This document shows, piece by piece, positions 52,601 to 64,000 of a DNA stretch of 64,000 nt. This DNA is from Vicugna vicugna (lineage: Eukaryota), in NCBI GenBank assembly GCA_013265495.1, contig MU058065.1:2395003-2459002 (forward strand). The letters run 5' to 3'. The notes beneath the pieces are model-generated. The model was not told the DNA's origin. It worked only from the letters and a program-made list of their open reading frames with translations, and did not search any database. A program made the translations under genes and the position numbers. The first letter of the stretch is position 1. Each line of letters starts with the position of its first letter.

Positions 52601-53025
52601 GGGAAAGACACTGCAGTACAGTTGAAGTGAAAAACTGAGTGGGGACCGTGGGCTCTGGGACCCTTGGTCAGGGGTCTGGAGGTTAGAAAGGCCAGTTCAT
52701 AATCTGGGGGAGGGGGTATGAACAGGCATCCTGATTACCGTGGGCCAAGGACTCTGTCCCCTGATAACAGCTCCTCAAGATCAAGCTTTTTTGAAGACCT
52801 TTCACATAATTAACAGAAATAATCCAGTCACCACCATATTTTTATATATTCCATTTTACATTTTGGAAGGATATTGGATGCGATGAATAATGATTTCTCT
52901 CTTGGACGTGGACAGGGAGAGTCTCTGGAGAGGAAGAGGCAACTGCATACTCATGGAGAAAACCATCTATCTTCAGGGTCTGCGATGTGTCATCATATTT
53001 TACTTTCTCTTTCTTTCTTTTCAAG

Positions 53026-53134
53026 GTATGCTAGTTTATATTTTTGCTGTGCAGTAGAAAATCAGGACAATGAGCTCTTGACACTAGAGATTGTGCATCG
53101 TTATGTGGAGTTGCTGGACAAATACTTTGGAAAT
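53026..53134 (+). CDS. AP1S3: AP1S3 coding exon 3 (109 nt)
   Basis: Acceptor TTTCTTTTCAAG|G; encodes (R)[36 protein letters not shown]; donor AAT|GTAAGT; phase matches exon 2. Confidence 0.97.
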
Positions 53135-54387
53135 GTAAGTGGCATCCTGGTCTCCTGGAAGTAGCCAGTCTCCATCCCAGCTCTGACTTCAGTTCTGTCC
53201 TTCCACACATTCCTTCTCTCTCTCAAGTCTAAAATATGAGCTGCATTTGTGCTGAAGATCAGAAGGCAAGGCTCTCCCCCTGCCTTCTTGTAATTCTTCG
53301 TAAATGGAAGATCCGGAGCTTTCCAGAGGCAGGTGGTGTGTGTATCTTCAGACCACAGCCACACTTGACGCCTTGTTTCAATGAACTGGAATTTAATGGT
53401 GAAGAATCCTTGATGTTTTGTCTTTGATTCCCCATTGACTGTGGTCGCTCTTCTGTTTTGACTTGCTATCCCCTCTCTGGTTTCTTTTACTAAGTGCCAA
53501 GTGTTCTTTAGTATTATTTATGCATTAAAAAAACCCCACTAGACAAATAAACAAACAAAACCAAAATCCTTTTCCTTCACATTGCTTTTCAGTCTCCATG
53601 CATTTGCCACCAAGGAACAGACTCTAATGAGGTGCCCTGATCCCCAGATCTCATTCACTCCGAGGCGGCTTACAACATGGCTTCGTCTTTACTGCTGTGA
53701 GGTGCTCATGCGGGTCCACACCAGCGATGCCTCTCCTGTCCTCACCTGCCCTCACCTGCCCTCACCTCTCTGCAGCGCTGGACCCTTGCTCATCACAGCC
53801 CTTTCTTTCAATCCGCCCCTCTTGATGTTGCCCTGATGCTGAGCTCTGCTGATTCTCACCCCATGTTTCTGAAGCCCTTCCTTGGTGTCCTCTCCAGCCC
53901 CCTCCTCCCCCTGCCCTCTGAGTTGCCCCCCTGTTCCTTCTTCTCTGCGTGTCTACTCGACATTCCCCCCTGGAAATCCATCACCAGGTGACTCCCCTTC
54001 ACTTTGCTGACATGGTCTTCACTAAACTTCTCATGGTCCTCTCAGCTTTAACGTGACAAGAACTAAAGCTATTCTGTCTTGTGATTGAAATTATTATGTC
54101 CCAAGAGCCTTCAACGCAAAAAGATAGTGTTTCTTACATCTTTCTCCACCCTCTACTGAGTCTGCCTCTGTCAATTCAAAGTGGACTAAAATTCATCTCC
54201 ATCTTTCACTGTTGCCAATATAGTTTGGGATACAGGTTTGCTTTTCTTTTAAACCTCATCTCTGTCCCTTTCTTGGCCTGTTAGCTACCATCTTCCTTCC
54301 CAGGCACAGATCTCGGGTGACATTCCTCCTCAGTCACTCTCCTTCATATTAAATGAATAAAATTCAAATTTCTCAGCCTGGCATTTA

Positions 54388-54495
54388 GCTTCGTTCGTTC
54401 TTTCTTTTTTTTAAGTGGGGGTACTGGGGGTTGAACCCAGGACCTTGTGCCTGCTAAGCGTACACTCTACCGCTGAGCTATTACCTTCTCCCCAT
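54388..54495 (-). mobile_element. vic-1-like SINE within an L2 relic
   Basis: GTACTGGGGGTTGAACCCAGGACCTTGTGCCTGCTAAGC...CTCTACCGCTGAGCTA; TSD CCTG(G)CATTTA at 54377-54387 and 54496-54505. Confidence 0.88.
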
Positions 54496-57131
54496 CCTGC
54501 ATTTAAGTTTTCTAAACATTGGGCCCAGACCACTTCTCCAGCCTTCTAGCTCCTTTCTCTTTTTGTCCCTGACACAGCCAGTGCTCCAGCCACGTGGACC
54601 ACACTTGTATTATCCTCCCCTTTTATGGGATTTGCTTGACCACCAAATTGCAAGTCTGTTGAGATCATGACCTGAACTTACTTGTTTTTTTCATCGCTTG
54701 GAACCAGCTCGGGGCCAGATTTTAGCAAATGTTCCAGAAACATTTCATCCAGTTTACAGTCTCAAGAAATGAATTGGTGGATTTGGAGTATGTTTTTTTT
54801 TTCTTCTCAGTAATACTTCTCAGTGATGTTCCCTTGCTCACTGAAGATTTTTAGTAAGTGCTGTTAGGAGAATTTGCTTTCAGAAGAGTTTTCTGTGCTG
54901 TATTCTATGTGACGGAGCAGACAGCACTTGAGGTGTTGGTTAAGGTTCTGTCAGATTTGTTGCAACACTCTTCACAAGGATGAGGACCTGAAAGGTTTTT
55001 GAAATAACTTTCTCTCCTTCCCTCCCTCCCTTCCTCTCTTTGATTTTTCTTTTATTTCTTTGTAAATGATGTTATAAGACCTAAATATTACTTCAGGAAT
55101 TTCAGATTGTTGGTAAGTGTATAAAAGTGGTAAGACAGCCAGACCTTTTTTCTCTTGCTTTCTCCTGGTTCGCCAAGTTTATTTTTGGTTTTTAAAGAGA
55201 TTTGCGAATATATAAGGGCATGTTTTCAAACTGGAGGTTATTTAATTTTATGCTTTCTATTATTCAAATAAATTCTGACATTGGGGTACTTTCTTTGAAA
55301 TAAACTGCAGGCTTCGCCTTCAATGCAAAGCCCTGAAGGAGTCCTCCTCACGCCGGGGCCTTCCCGTAACCCGCCTTCTCCTGCTCATTTTTCCACTCTG
55401 GCTTGACCTCTCGTGTCTTCTGAGGTTTATCCATCTGTACTAATGTGAATTGGGGTTGAATTTTGACCTCCATCTTATCTGACCAAATTTCAGATATTTC
55501 AGAACACGTTGCTTTGTCAAGAGAAATGGAATCACCTTCAGAATCGAAATGCATTCCTGTTTCTCTAACATTAATTTTTTATCCTATTTTGGCATACCTT
55601 TAGAAGCTCTGTCTTTGTCATGGGCCAACATTTAATTCACTAAAAAAAATTCAATGAATCTTTCATTAAGCTAAGAGCGGCTAAGAGCAATTCAAGACTC
55701 CGTGCCCAGGGGGTGTTCAGTTCTTATTAATTAACCGTGAGGAGCAAACCCAGCAATACTGATTCTCATGACATTGTCTCAGGAATAACATTGTTCTCTT
55801 TGGTTTTCTTTTCCTCCTGTGTTAATATGGAAGGTTTCCTTGAATTCTGCCCTTATATTATCCCAGAAAAAAAACCCTCTGTGCTGAGCTTCTCATAACA
55901 CTAGAAAATATTCCTATAGCAGATTGCAAAATCTCTGGCTACTAATTTTTTTTCTTTTTTTTTTAACACTTTTCAATTCCTAGGAGATTTACAAGGATTA
56001 ACTAGTTAAATCTTTCAGCCTTCAGTAAGTAGCATTAACCCCAATTTATAGAGGTTAAGAGGCAATGCCTCAGAGTCTCCCAGAGGTAAGGGTCGGTTTG
56101 AGGACTTAGGCACTGCCACATTTTCCCATGACGGGCTGCCGTGTGAGCTTTTACTGATGCACTCAAGACAGTGTGCGTGTTGCCGAGCCAGAGATGTTTG
56201 ATAGTGACGTGGGGAGCTTTGTTGTTGTCAGCAGCGGGGCGCTCTGTGTCCTGCCGGACCCTGGCATCAGCTCATTCACTCACCAGACCCCGGGTTTGCC
56301 TCATCAGAGATCTCTATTTCACAGATAACAAAAGTGGCACCCAGAACGTTTCATAGAAATATTTACTTTGCTAATCTCATGGGGGCTGTTGTGAGGATCC
56401 AAGAGATGGTGTGATTAGCAGTGCTTTATAAACTGTCAGCTGCTATGTAACTGCAGCTTGCGTTATTATTTTATATATGGTTTTATGCATTTGTTGTATG
56501 TAACTTGAATGTCTTGTATTTACTTTAGAACAAAATTCACTAAGAGCCGATCCCTTTTAGATTCTATCCAAAAGGTTTATTTATTGAAATGCCAGAAACA
56601 ACCTCAATACATCATGTGTTCTGCTGCGAATCCCTCAAGCCAAATTATAGTCAAATTATAGTAAAGCACAACGCTAGGAGATCAAAGATAACGTTAAATT
56701 ACTGCCGTTTCTTCCTTGTATAAGCTTTCTTCCAGAATACAGAGACACAAGGAAAAGAGAAAAAAATAAGTAGAGGGGCTCATGTGTTTATTAACACAAA
56801 AGCCATGTACTTTTGCATAATTAGATGGAGTGCAGTCATTTGAGCATCAAGGGCACATTTTTGATACACTGGGGCAGCGCCCTGAAGGTAGAATTAGAAA
56901 TAGTATTTGCATAATTAGTAGCTGAAGAAACCAGCATTAGGTCTTAGGTTCTGAAATGTTTTCTTTTCTTACTCTCTTCTTACATTAACCATTGGGTTAG
57001 ACTCAGAGAATAGAAAATAGAGTAGCATTTGGAGTTGTTACACATGAAAGAGTTGCTCATTTGTAACGTTCTCTGTAAAGCAAGTAGAACTTGTGTGTAT
57101 CCATTTCCCTTATGATCTGGAGGTAGTAACC

Positions 57132-57155
57132 TGTGTGTGTGTGTGTGTGTGTGTG
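57132..57155. repeat. (TG)n microsatellite
   Basis: Direct observation. Confidence 0.95.
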
Positions 57156-57539
57156 TTGTGTCTGTCTGGCTTTGCATACCACCTTACCTTATCCCTGTCC
57201 CTTGATACTAGGTGTAGTAAAATTGCCCCATGGCTGCTGGTGAACCCTACAATCTTGGGAGTGGGTTGCTACCCAGAGAGTGGCGTGTGAGAAGTTCCCA
57301 GTGAACTTGCATTAGTATCTGTCAGGTTCACTTTGCAGGATGCTGGTTGCTGGTTTCTCCTGATGAGGTTCCTATCTGTCTTGGGTCCCTGGCCTCCACC
57401 TGCCTTGAACTCTGGGGTTCTCCAGCTCTTGCTACTATAAATCCTGACTTCCACCTCTTCTGATTTCTGGTAACAGCTTTCTTGTCATACCTTCTTTGAT
57501 GTGCATGGATGTTTGATCTACTGTGCTTTCTTTTTGTGT

Positions 57540-58335
57540 ATCTGTATTGTTTAAAATTGCAAAATAATGCATATTTTTACATATCCTTCTAGAACACACA
57601 GTTTTTTTCAATGAAAAGTGGAATCCTATTATGCATTGAATTCTGCAAGTTCCTCTTGTTCCCCTTACCAGCCTATCACAGAGCTCTTTCCATGTCCATC
57701 CATGGAAGTCGACTTCATTCTTTCCAGCTTCTACACAGAGTTCTCATGGCATATGAAGCCAAACCCAAGATGGGGCTGTGCCATACTTTATTTAAACAAT
57801 TCCATTATGGCTAGACTTTGAGTTGTTTCCAATTTTCATGATAAATGATGCTGCCATCATCCTCGTTGTTAATATATGTTATTATGCACTAGTTTGGGCA
57901 TCGCATAGGAATAAATTCCTTGTGGAAAGAGATTTGTGCATTTAAGTTGGTAGGTACTACAATTTGACCCTTCAAAATGGCCTATAAAATTTACAGGTTG
58001 CACCAACGGTGAGTGTGAGTACCTATTTATTCATACACTTCCCGACAATGGGTATTATCTCTTCTTAATAGTCAGATGGTCATTAATTTAATTTGCATGT
58101 TTCTGATTACTAGTGAGACTGTGTATCTTATTAGATGAGTATTGGGCTGGTCCATTTCTTGCCTTGTCTATTAATTGCTCCTTGACAGCCTTTATCTGAT
58201 TTTTTTATGATGTGATGTTTATCTCAGGGATTGACAAGAATTCTTTCTATATCATGGATACCGTGCTTTCCTTTCTGTTATGTATGTTGCAGATTTCATC
58301 CCCAATCCATTGCTGTACTTTTAACCTTGTTCTTA
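57540..58335 (-). mobile_element. Old L1 (L1ME-like) relic
   Basis: Degenerate antisense L1 motifs (GTTGTTTCCAATTTT, CACCAACGGTG, TTTAATTTGCATGTTTCTGATTACTAGTGAG). Confidence 0.65.
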
Positions 58336-58629
58336 GCACCTAGCCCACACTGTACTCTGATCTCTCCACAGTTTTGCCTGGGCAGCTTGGTTTCATTGTC
58401 ACTCAAATTCCTGGAATGAGGATGTTCTAGAAATAAAAGAAAAGGTTAATAAGCTGAGAACATGTCCTCTTCTGATGCCATCCTTTTTCTGATAGTTGTT
58501 CTCAAGAAGGAACCCTAAAGGTCTGGGGGAAGTCCTGGGGTATAGGATTGTGTCTCAGCGAATAGACTGTAATTTTGAATCAGTCATATATATATATGCC
58601 TCTATGTACACATGTGTCTGTATAGATGG

Positions 58630-58679
58630 AGAGAAAAAGAGGAAGGGAGGGAGGGTAGGAGGGGAGAGGGTGAGCGAGT

Positions 58680-58713
<34 letters not shown>

Positions 58714-58740
58714 TAGAGAAAGAGAGAGAGAGAGAGAGTG
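58630..58740. repeat. Polypurine / (GA)n tract
   Basis: Direct observation. Confidence 0.95.
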
Positions 58741-59119
58741 TCAGACTCTCTAGGGAGAGGGGACGGAGCTTGATAATTATACAGACACACATGTTGATTT
58801 GATGCTGTTTTCTAATGAATGAAGAGACCGTAACCTTTGCAGGTGAGTTAGGTTAGTTCTTTTGAGTTGGCCATTTATTACAGTGGTATTCTATTTATTT
58901 GTTCTCATGCTTCTAGATTCAGTTGGATCTTTCAATATAAGCCATTTTCCTTGTGGCGTCTACAAGTTTACTGACCTACATCCTAAATATATGGAACAAT
59001 TTGTGAAAATATTGACATCCATTTTATGAAAAGTTATAGGGTTCAGTAGGATCAGAGGACTGTTGACCTGGGAAGCCGTTAATCCCCAGCATCGTAAAAA
59101 CAAGGCCTGCATGGTGGCT

Positions 59120-60540
59120 GACTCGTTCATTTATTGTGCAGACACTTACTGCCTCCTACTGTGTGCCAGGAACCAGAGATCTAAGGATGACTAAGTCAGG
59201 GTCTGAGCCGGAGCCCTCAGTACAGGGGCAGTGATGAGAAGTAGGCACGCACTCCTGCACACAAGATGGGAGAAAGAACACAGGAGGCGAGGCAGAATCC
59301 CAACGAGAGGAAAGGGCGTTTGGAGGAATCATTGTGCCCATAACTTTGGAATTTGGCCATGAAAAATGAGCTTGAGTTTTTGCCGACAGAATGAAGGAAA
59401 GGACATTTGAGGCAACATTCCAGGAATTTCTGGAATGTACAAAGGGCAAAGGCGTGAAAGAACAGGGTGAGTTTGTGGACCGTGTGGCTGTAGCTTGGGG
59501 TGAGCGCCAGCATAGGAAGCCAGGGAGCAGGACCTGGGTGGGGCTGTGAAGATCCCGGTGCGCCATGCTGAGGAATTGAAACGGTCCCGAACAGAAGACC
59601 TTACATGGAAAGGAACTGGATCAGCACTTTAGCAAAGTGTTAGGGGTCCTTGGCCCTGTGTGGGCACAGGGCCACTGCAAAGGTCACTGCAGTGGCTTAA
59701 GTGAGAGATGTCGCAGGCCTGAGTGGCAGCAGCGAAAGTGGGCAAGAGGGGGAGGGTTAGGGGTTTCTTTACAGGATGGAATCAATAGGAACTGGTGACC
59801 AAATGGACGGGGATGAGACTGGGCGGGAGAGGAATGAGAGAGACGGGGAAAATAAATTGAGCTGTAGAGTGAATTAGTTGGAGCCACTAGATAGGGGTTG
59901 CATGTACTATGCAAAATAGGAACTAAAGGGGAAAAGGATATGGTTGACTTCACTCTGGGAAGTGGGGACCTGGACTGAGGAATATCCAAGTGGAGATGTC
60001 TGGTTAGCAGGTGGAAATACTGGATTAGCACTGCACAGGGAGATCAGGCCCTGACGTCTAGGTTTGTTAAGCCACCTGCGTGTGACACATGCTGTAGAGA
60101 GTCGATGAGTTGTCCAGGAGGGTGCACGTGCTGCAGAGAGAAGAGGCTCTCTTGAGAAACACCAGCCTTTAAGGAGAAGGTAGGTCCCTGGAATGTAAGC
60201 ATCCTGCCCCAGAGATGTTTGTTTTGCTGACTGATGTGTCCCAAGCACTTTGTAAATACTTCTTAAACAAATGCAAGACTCGGGGGTGGGGGTTGGGGGG
60301 GGAGAAAAAGCATCCAAGGAGCCTGAGAAGAACCATCAGAGATGGAGGAGGGAAATGGGCCTTGAGTAGTTTTGCAAACATCAGGGAGCAAGGGAGAGGA
60401 GATGTTCAAGCAAGAGACTCAGGGAGCGTATCTGATGCTGTTGAGGGGTAGAGGTGGGACGTCCAGCTAGACCTTCAGGAGGGTGTGGACGGGGGAGTTG
60501 AGGAACGTGTGAGAAGGAAGACAGCAAGGATAGTGCCTGA
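59120..60540 (-). mobile_element. LINE-2 relic
   Basis: CCTACTGTGTGCCAGG...GATGGAATCAATAGGA...ATCCAAGTGGAGATGTCTGGTTAGCAGGTGGAAATA. Confidence 0.7.
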
Positions 60541-60657
60541 GTGGCTGTGTGTGGTTGAAGCATTGGAATCGAGCCTTATCTGGATTGCGGGGAGGGCTCT
60601 TGCTCCTTGCTACAGTTAACCAAATCCATCAGACTCTGCTTTGGTTTGTGACAGTGA

Positions 60658-60845
60658 CCGTGGTTCTCGATGTGTGGTCCCCGGACCAGCACCATTAGCA
60701 TCACCTGGGAACTCCTTAGAAGTTCAAACGCGAAGACTTTACCCAGACCCACTGTATCAGGGACTCCGGAGGTGGGGCCCAGCGGTGGGTGATTTAACAG
60801 GCTTTCTCCGTGATTGGGACACACTCTGAAGTTTGGAAACCACTA
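60658..60845. mobile_element. MER5A hAT-Charlie MITE
   Basis: Termini CCGTGGTTCTC / GAAACCACTA; internal CCAGCACCATTAGCATCACCTGGGAACT...GTGGGGCCCAGC; ~188 bp. Confidence 0.85.
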
Positions 60846-61299
60846 GCCTGTGACATAATTTTGAGAAGAATTAGCACAGTTGAGCTAATTTGCCTCTGAA
60901 GCGTGAGCTTCTGAGAGTTCTGAAGCTGGCAGCCAAATATACAGATCAGAGAGTTAAGGGAGCGCTGCCCTCCTGCCTGCAGTGCAGTGGGGGCTCAGCT
61001 TTTATCTGTGCAGATGGGAGGATGAGCAGGGCGGCTGAGCCTCGACTGAGCCTCAAATTTCCAGTTGTGACATTAAACAGTATTATCTAAGGACGCGCTC
61101 TGCTTTAATAGAATGCCGTTTTACTTTCATTCAGGGTCTGGATTTCCCCAGTTCTACTTTTCTGGCCTTAAAATACCCTCTGATATTTTTCCCTTTGGTG
61201 TGCCACCTGGGGGTCAGTGTTGAAAAGCTTCAGACACCGGCGGATGTTTCCCCTGATACTGCAGCAAGTTTATCAAAACATTTGTTTTTGACCTGCCAG

Positions 61300-61437
61300 G
61301 TCTGCGAGCTGGATATTATCTTTAACTTCGAAAAGGCTTACTTTATCCTGGACGAGTTTATAATGGGTGGAGAAATCCAGGAAACATCCAAGAAATCCGC
61401 TGTCAAAGCCATCGAGGACTCTGATATGTTACAGGAG
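61300..61437 (+). CDS. AP1S3: AP1S3 coding exon 4 (138 nt); terminal exon lies beyond the window
   Basis: Acceptor CTGCCAG|; encodes [46 protein letters not shown]; donor GAG|GTCAGT. Confidence 0.97.
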
Positions 61438-61544
61438 GTCAGTATCCAGTTTCTGATGCCCTGGGAGATGATGATGATGGTGATGATGTCATCAGGACAG
61501 TCTCCCACGCCCTGGGAAGAGATGGTGGTGGTGGTGATGTGTTA

Positions 61545-61770
61545 GCTGACACTCCCTGAGTGCTTACTCTGTGTTGGGTACAGTTTCTAAGTAACTTACA
61601 TGTATTAATCTATTTAATTATCACAGCAACTCTAAGAGGTAGGTATACTGTTACCGTCATTTTAAGGATGAGTAAACTGAGGCACAGAGAGGTTTAGTGA
61701 CTGCTCAACAACACACAGCCAGTAAGTGTGGAATAGAGATTTTAACCCAGGCAGTTGGGCTCCAAAGTCT
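61545..61770 (-). mobile_element. MIR SINE immediately downstream of exon 4
   Basis: TGAGTGCTTACTCTGTG...CACAGCAACTCTAAGAGGTAGGTA...GATGAGTAAACTGAGGCACAGAGAGGTT. Confidence 0.85.
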
Positions 61771-64000
61771 TTGCTCTTCATGTTTGAGCTTTTCAGTGAG
61801 CTTTTCACTGTCAAAATGGCATTAAATACTAGGTGCTATTCTTTTCAAGAATACTTACTTGGGAGGCATAAAAAGACTTTCATTAAAATGTCTGTGCTGT
61901 CCTGGGAAAGGAGAGCAGCAGTACATTGCTGTTGTGTCTGCCAGGAATACTAGAGCTTTGTTATTGAAGACGGCATTTATCATTTTAATTAAAATTTCCT
62001 ACCTTCCTGGAGAGGCTGTATGTGTGCTCCTGTCTGCATAAATAAATTGGGAATTTGTGGCTTGCTAACCAAGGTATGAATGGGCCCTGAAGCATCCATT
62101 TGGTCACACTTGTATGAAATACACTGGAGCTTTTCTCATAGTGCAGTCCAGCTTTGTATCGTCCCTAATGAGCAAACTTACCTACATTAGCCCCTTCATG
62201 TCCTGCCCACTTCAGCCCACTGACTTCTGCCCTCCCAAATGAGATGCTCTGACCAGCCCCTGCTCAAGTGTGCCTTTGAGGGCCTGGGTTCCATCCCAGC
62301 TCTGCCACCTCTGGGTCCTTCCCACAGCATCGTTGGGTCTATCTTTTCTGTTTTCTTAAGAGCAGGTGAGAACATTCCAGAGCATTATTAAGTATCCTTA
62401 AAAATTGGTGTAAAGCCCTTCTGCGCACTGTTTGGAAATAAGAGCCTGCTTCAGCCTATACGACAACATCTTTGGCGCATCTCTGAGCTGATTCCTTGCT
62501 CCTGCCCATCCCGGGAGCCAGTCCTCGGGGAACTGACCCTGGGAAGGACGCAGGGTACTGCCAAGCCTCGGTGTGTGTTCCTATTAGGAAGCTGATGCAT
62601 TTCTGTCTAGAGGGCTTATCACCTCAAAAAATGCATTTAAACTTCCTGATGTTTACTTGGCTCTCTCCAAATGCCACAGGAAGGGAATTTTACAATGTAC
62701 TTGAGAAATCAGTGGTTTGGAAATTCCACAGAACAACCTTTTTAAAAATATGCTAGGGATTATTTATAATTCTATCCCCAGGGCCCTCACTGCGGAATCA
62801 CCTTATAGGAGAAACAGACATTTAATCGGGGTCTTTAGCACTTCAGTAATGAAAGCTCCTTGAGTTGGGGCCAAGACATAGCTGGGTTATTTTGAATTGC
62901 CCCCTTTGTAGGAAATAGTTTTAAAGAACTTGCAGGGTTCCACTTAGAGCTGGGAAGCAGGTGTTGCCTGCTATTTCAAGAGAGAGGCCTTTTACAATTA
63001 AACATTTATTGGTCGTTCATGTCCCTGGTTATTAAGTGGAAGGTCTTGATAGATGGGTCTCAGGGGACCCTCCATTAGCCCCTGCATCCTCATGGTGAGC
63101 AGGCAGTATCATGACCGCCTTCTACATCTCTCACTAAATTAACAGCACCCGCCAAATAGAAACAGTGTTATTACCAGCGTTCTGCTGGGCTCTGGTACTT
63201 CAGCTAAATCAGTGAACATTGGGGGAGCTGGTTGAAAAATTGACTTTGTATATGTGGTTTGCTGTGTATAGCTGGTTAGAAAAGGTTAGCACGAATAGGC
63301 ACATGTAATATGATTGCATAAGGAGGAAAAAATGCTGTGGTTTTTTTTTTTTTCCCTGTCCTTTTGACCTAAGCATGTATTGGTAGTTGCTAAAGTTTGA
63401 GGCCTTTGTGATACTGCTTTTACTTTTAGCACAACTGAAAATCAAATCTCAAAGTAGCCCTAGGACTTTCCCCTGACCCTTACTCAGTGAAAATTTTTTT
63501 TAATAAAAAGACTGTCTCCATGTATTTAGTAAGAAGAGACATAATCTTAAACCTTTGTATGCTCTTAAGCTTTTTCTAAATATACTGGGGCTAGAAGTTG
63601 ATGATATGGAGAGAAAGGAACAGTTTAATTGATTGGGGATGACTTTAAGAGGTACCTTATTTTGAAGGTACATGTGGACAATGCTGCAAAAATGATTGGA
63701 AGGAAAAAGAAACTGAAAGAAGCTAGTGATCTTCAAATGCAGAGGTTGCAATTTCTGGAATCACCAGTGGGGGCGACAAACAGAAGATGGTCGGACTGCA
63801 TAATAAGAAAGCAAGCTAAGAGGGGAGGGTCAAATGATACCTCATTAGGTCAAGCAATAAGATACATCATATGCGTATGTGCAGATTCATGAGAAAAGGC
63901 TAGGTGCACCCCAACACTGTCACCTTAAAAGCAAAAACCATGTTAAAACAGCTAAGCCAAACCATAACACAGTAAAAAAAAAAAATAGTGCGTATGTGAC

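Noticed and set aside
53741..53767. (CTCACCTGCC)x2.7 and other short tandem duplications (e.g. ~26342-26385, ~56641-56662)
   Set aside because: Ordinary slippage products with no evidence of function.
1..64000. CRISPR arrays, operons or another novel multi-gene system
   Set aside because: Eukaryotic single-gene locus; no regularly spaced repeats or additional credible coding genes on either strand.

Overview
Mammalian genomic DNA, probably camelid (inferred from tRNA-Ala-derived vic-1-like SINEs and the absence of Alu, B1 or Bov-A-like elements). It holds the 5' part of AP1S3 (AP-1 adaptor sigma-1C) on the + strand: a CpG-island promoter (~10.7-11.4 kb, with a 68-N gap), an ATG-only coding exon 1 (11171-11173), a ~39.8 kb intron 1, and coding exons 2-4 (51001-51179, 53026-53134, 61300-61437). 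These give 143 codons in an intact frame; the canonical last exon is not in the window. The rest is intergenic or intronic and full of L1, L2, L3/CR1, MIR, SINE, MaLR LTR and hAT relics. I found no convincing novel biological system. The best observations are a TSD-flanked polyadenylated non-L1 retro-insert in intron 1, a composite L1 insertion resembling a 3' transduction, a duplication-extended read-through C-terminus after exon 4, a strong-Kozak mini-uORF, paired E2-boxes and competing splice sites. Repeat subfamily names come from memory of consensus sequences, and boundaries of old repeats are approximate.
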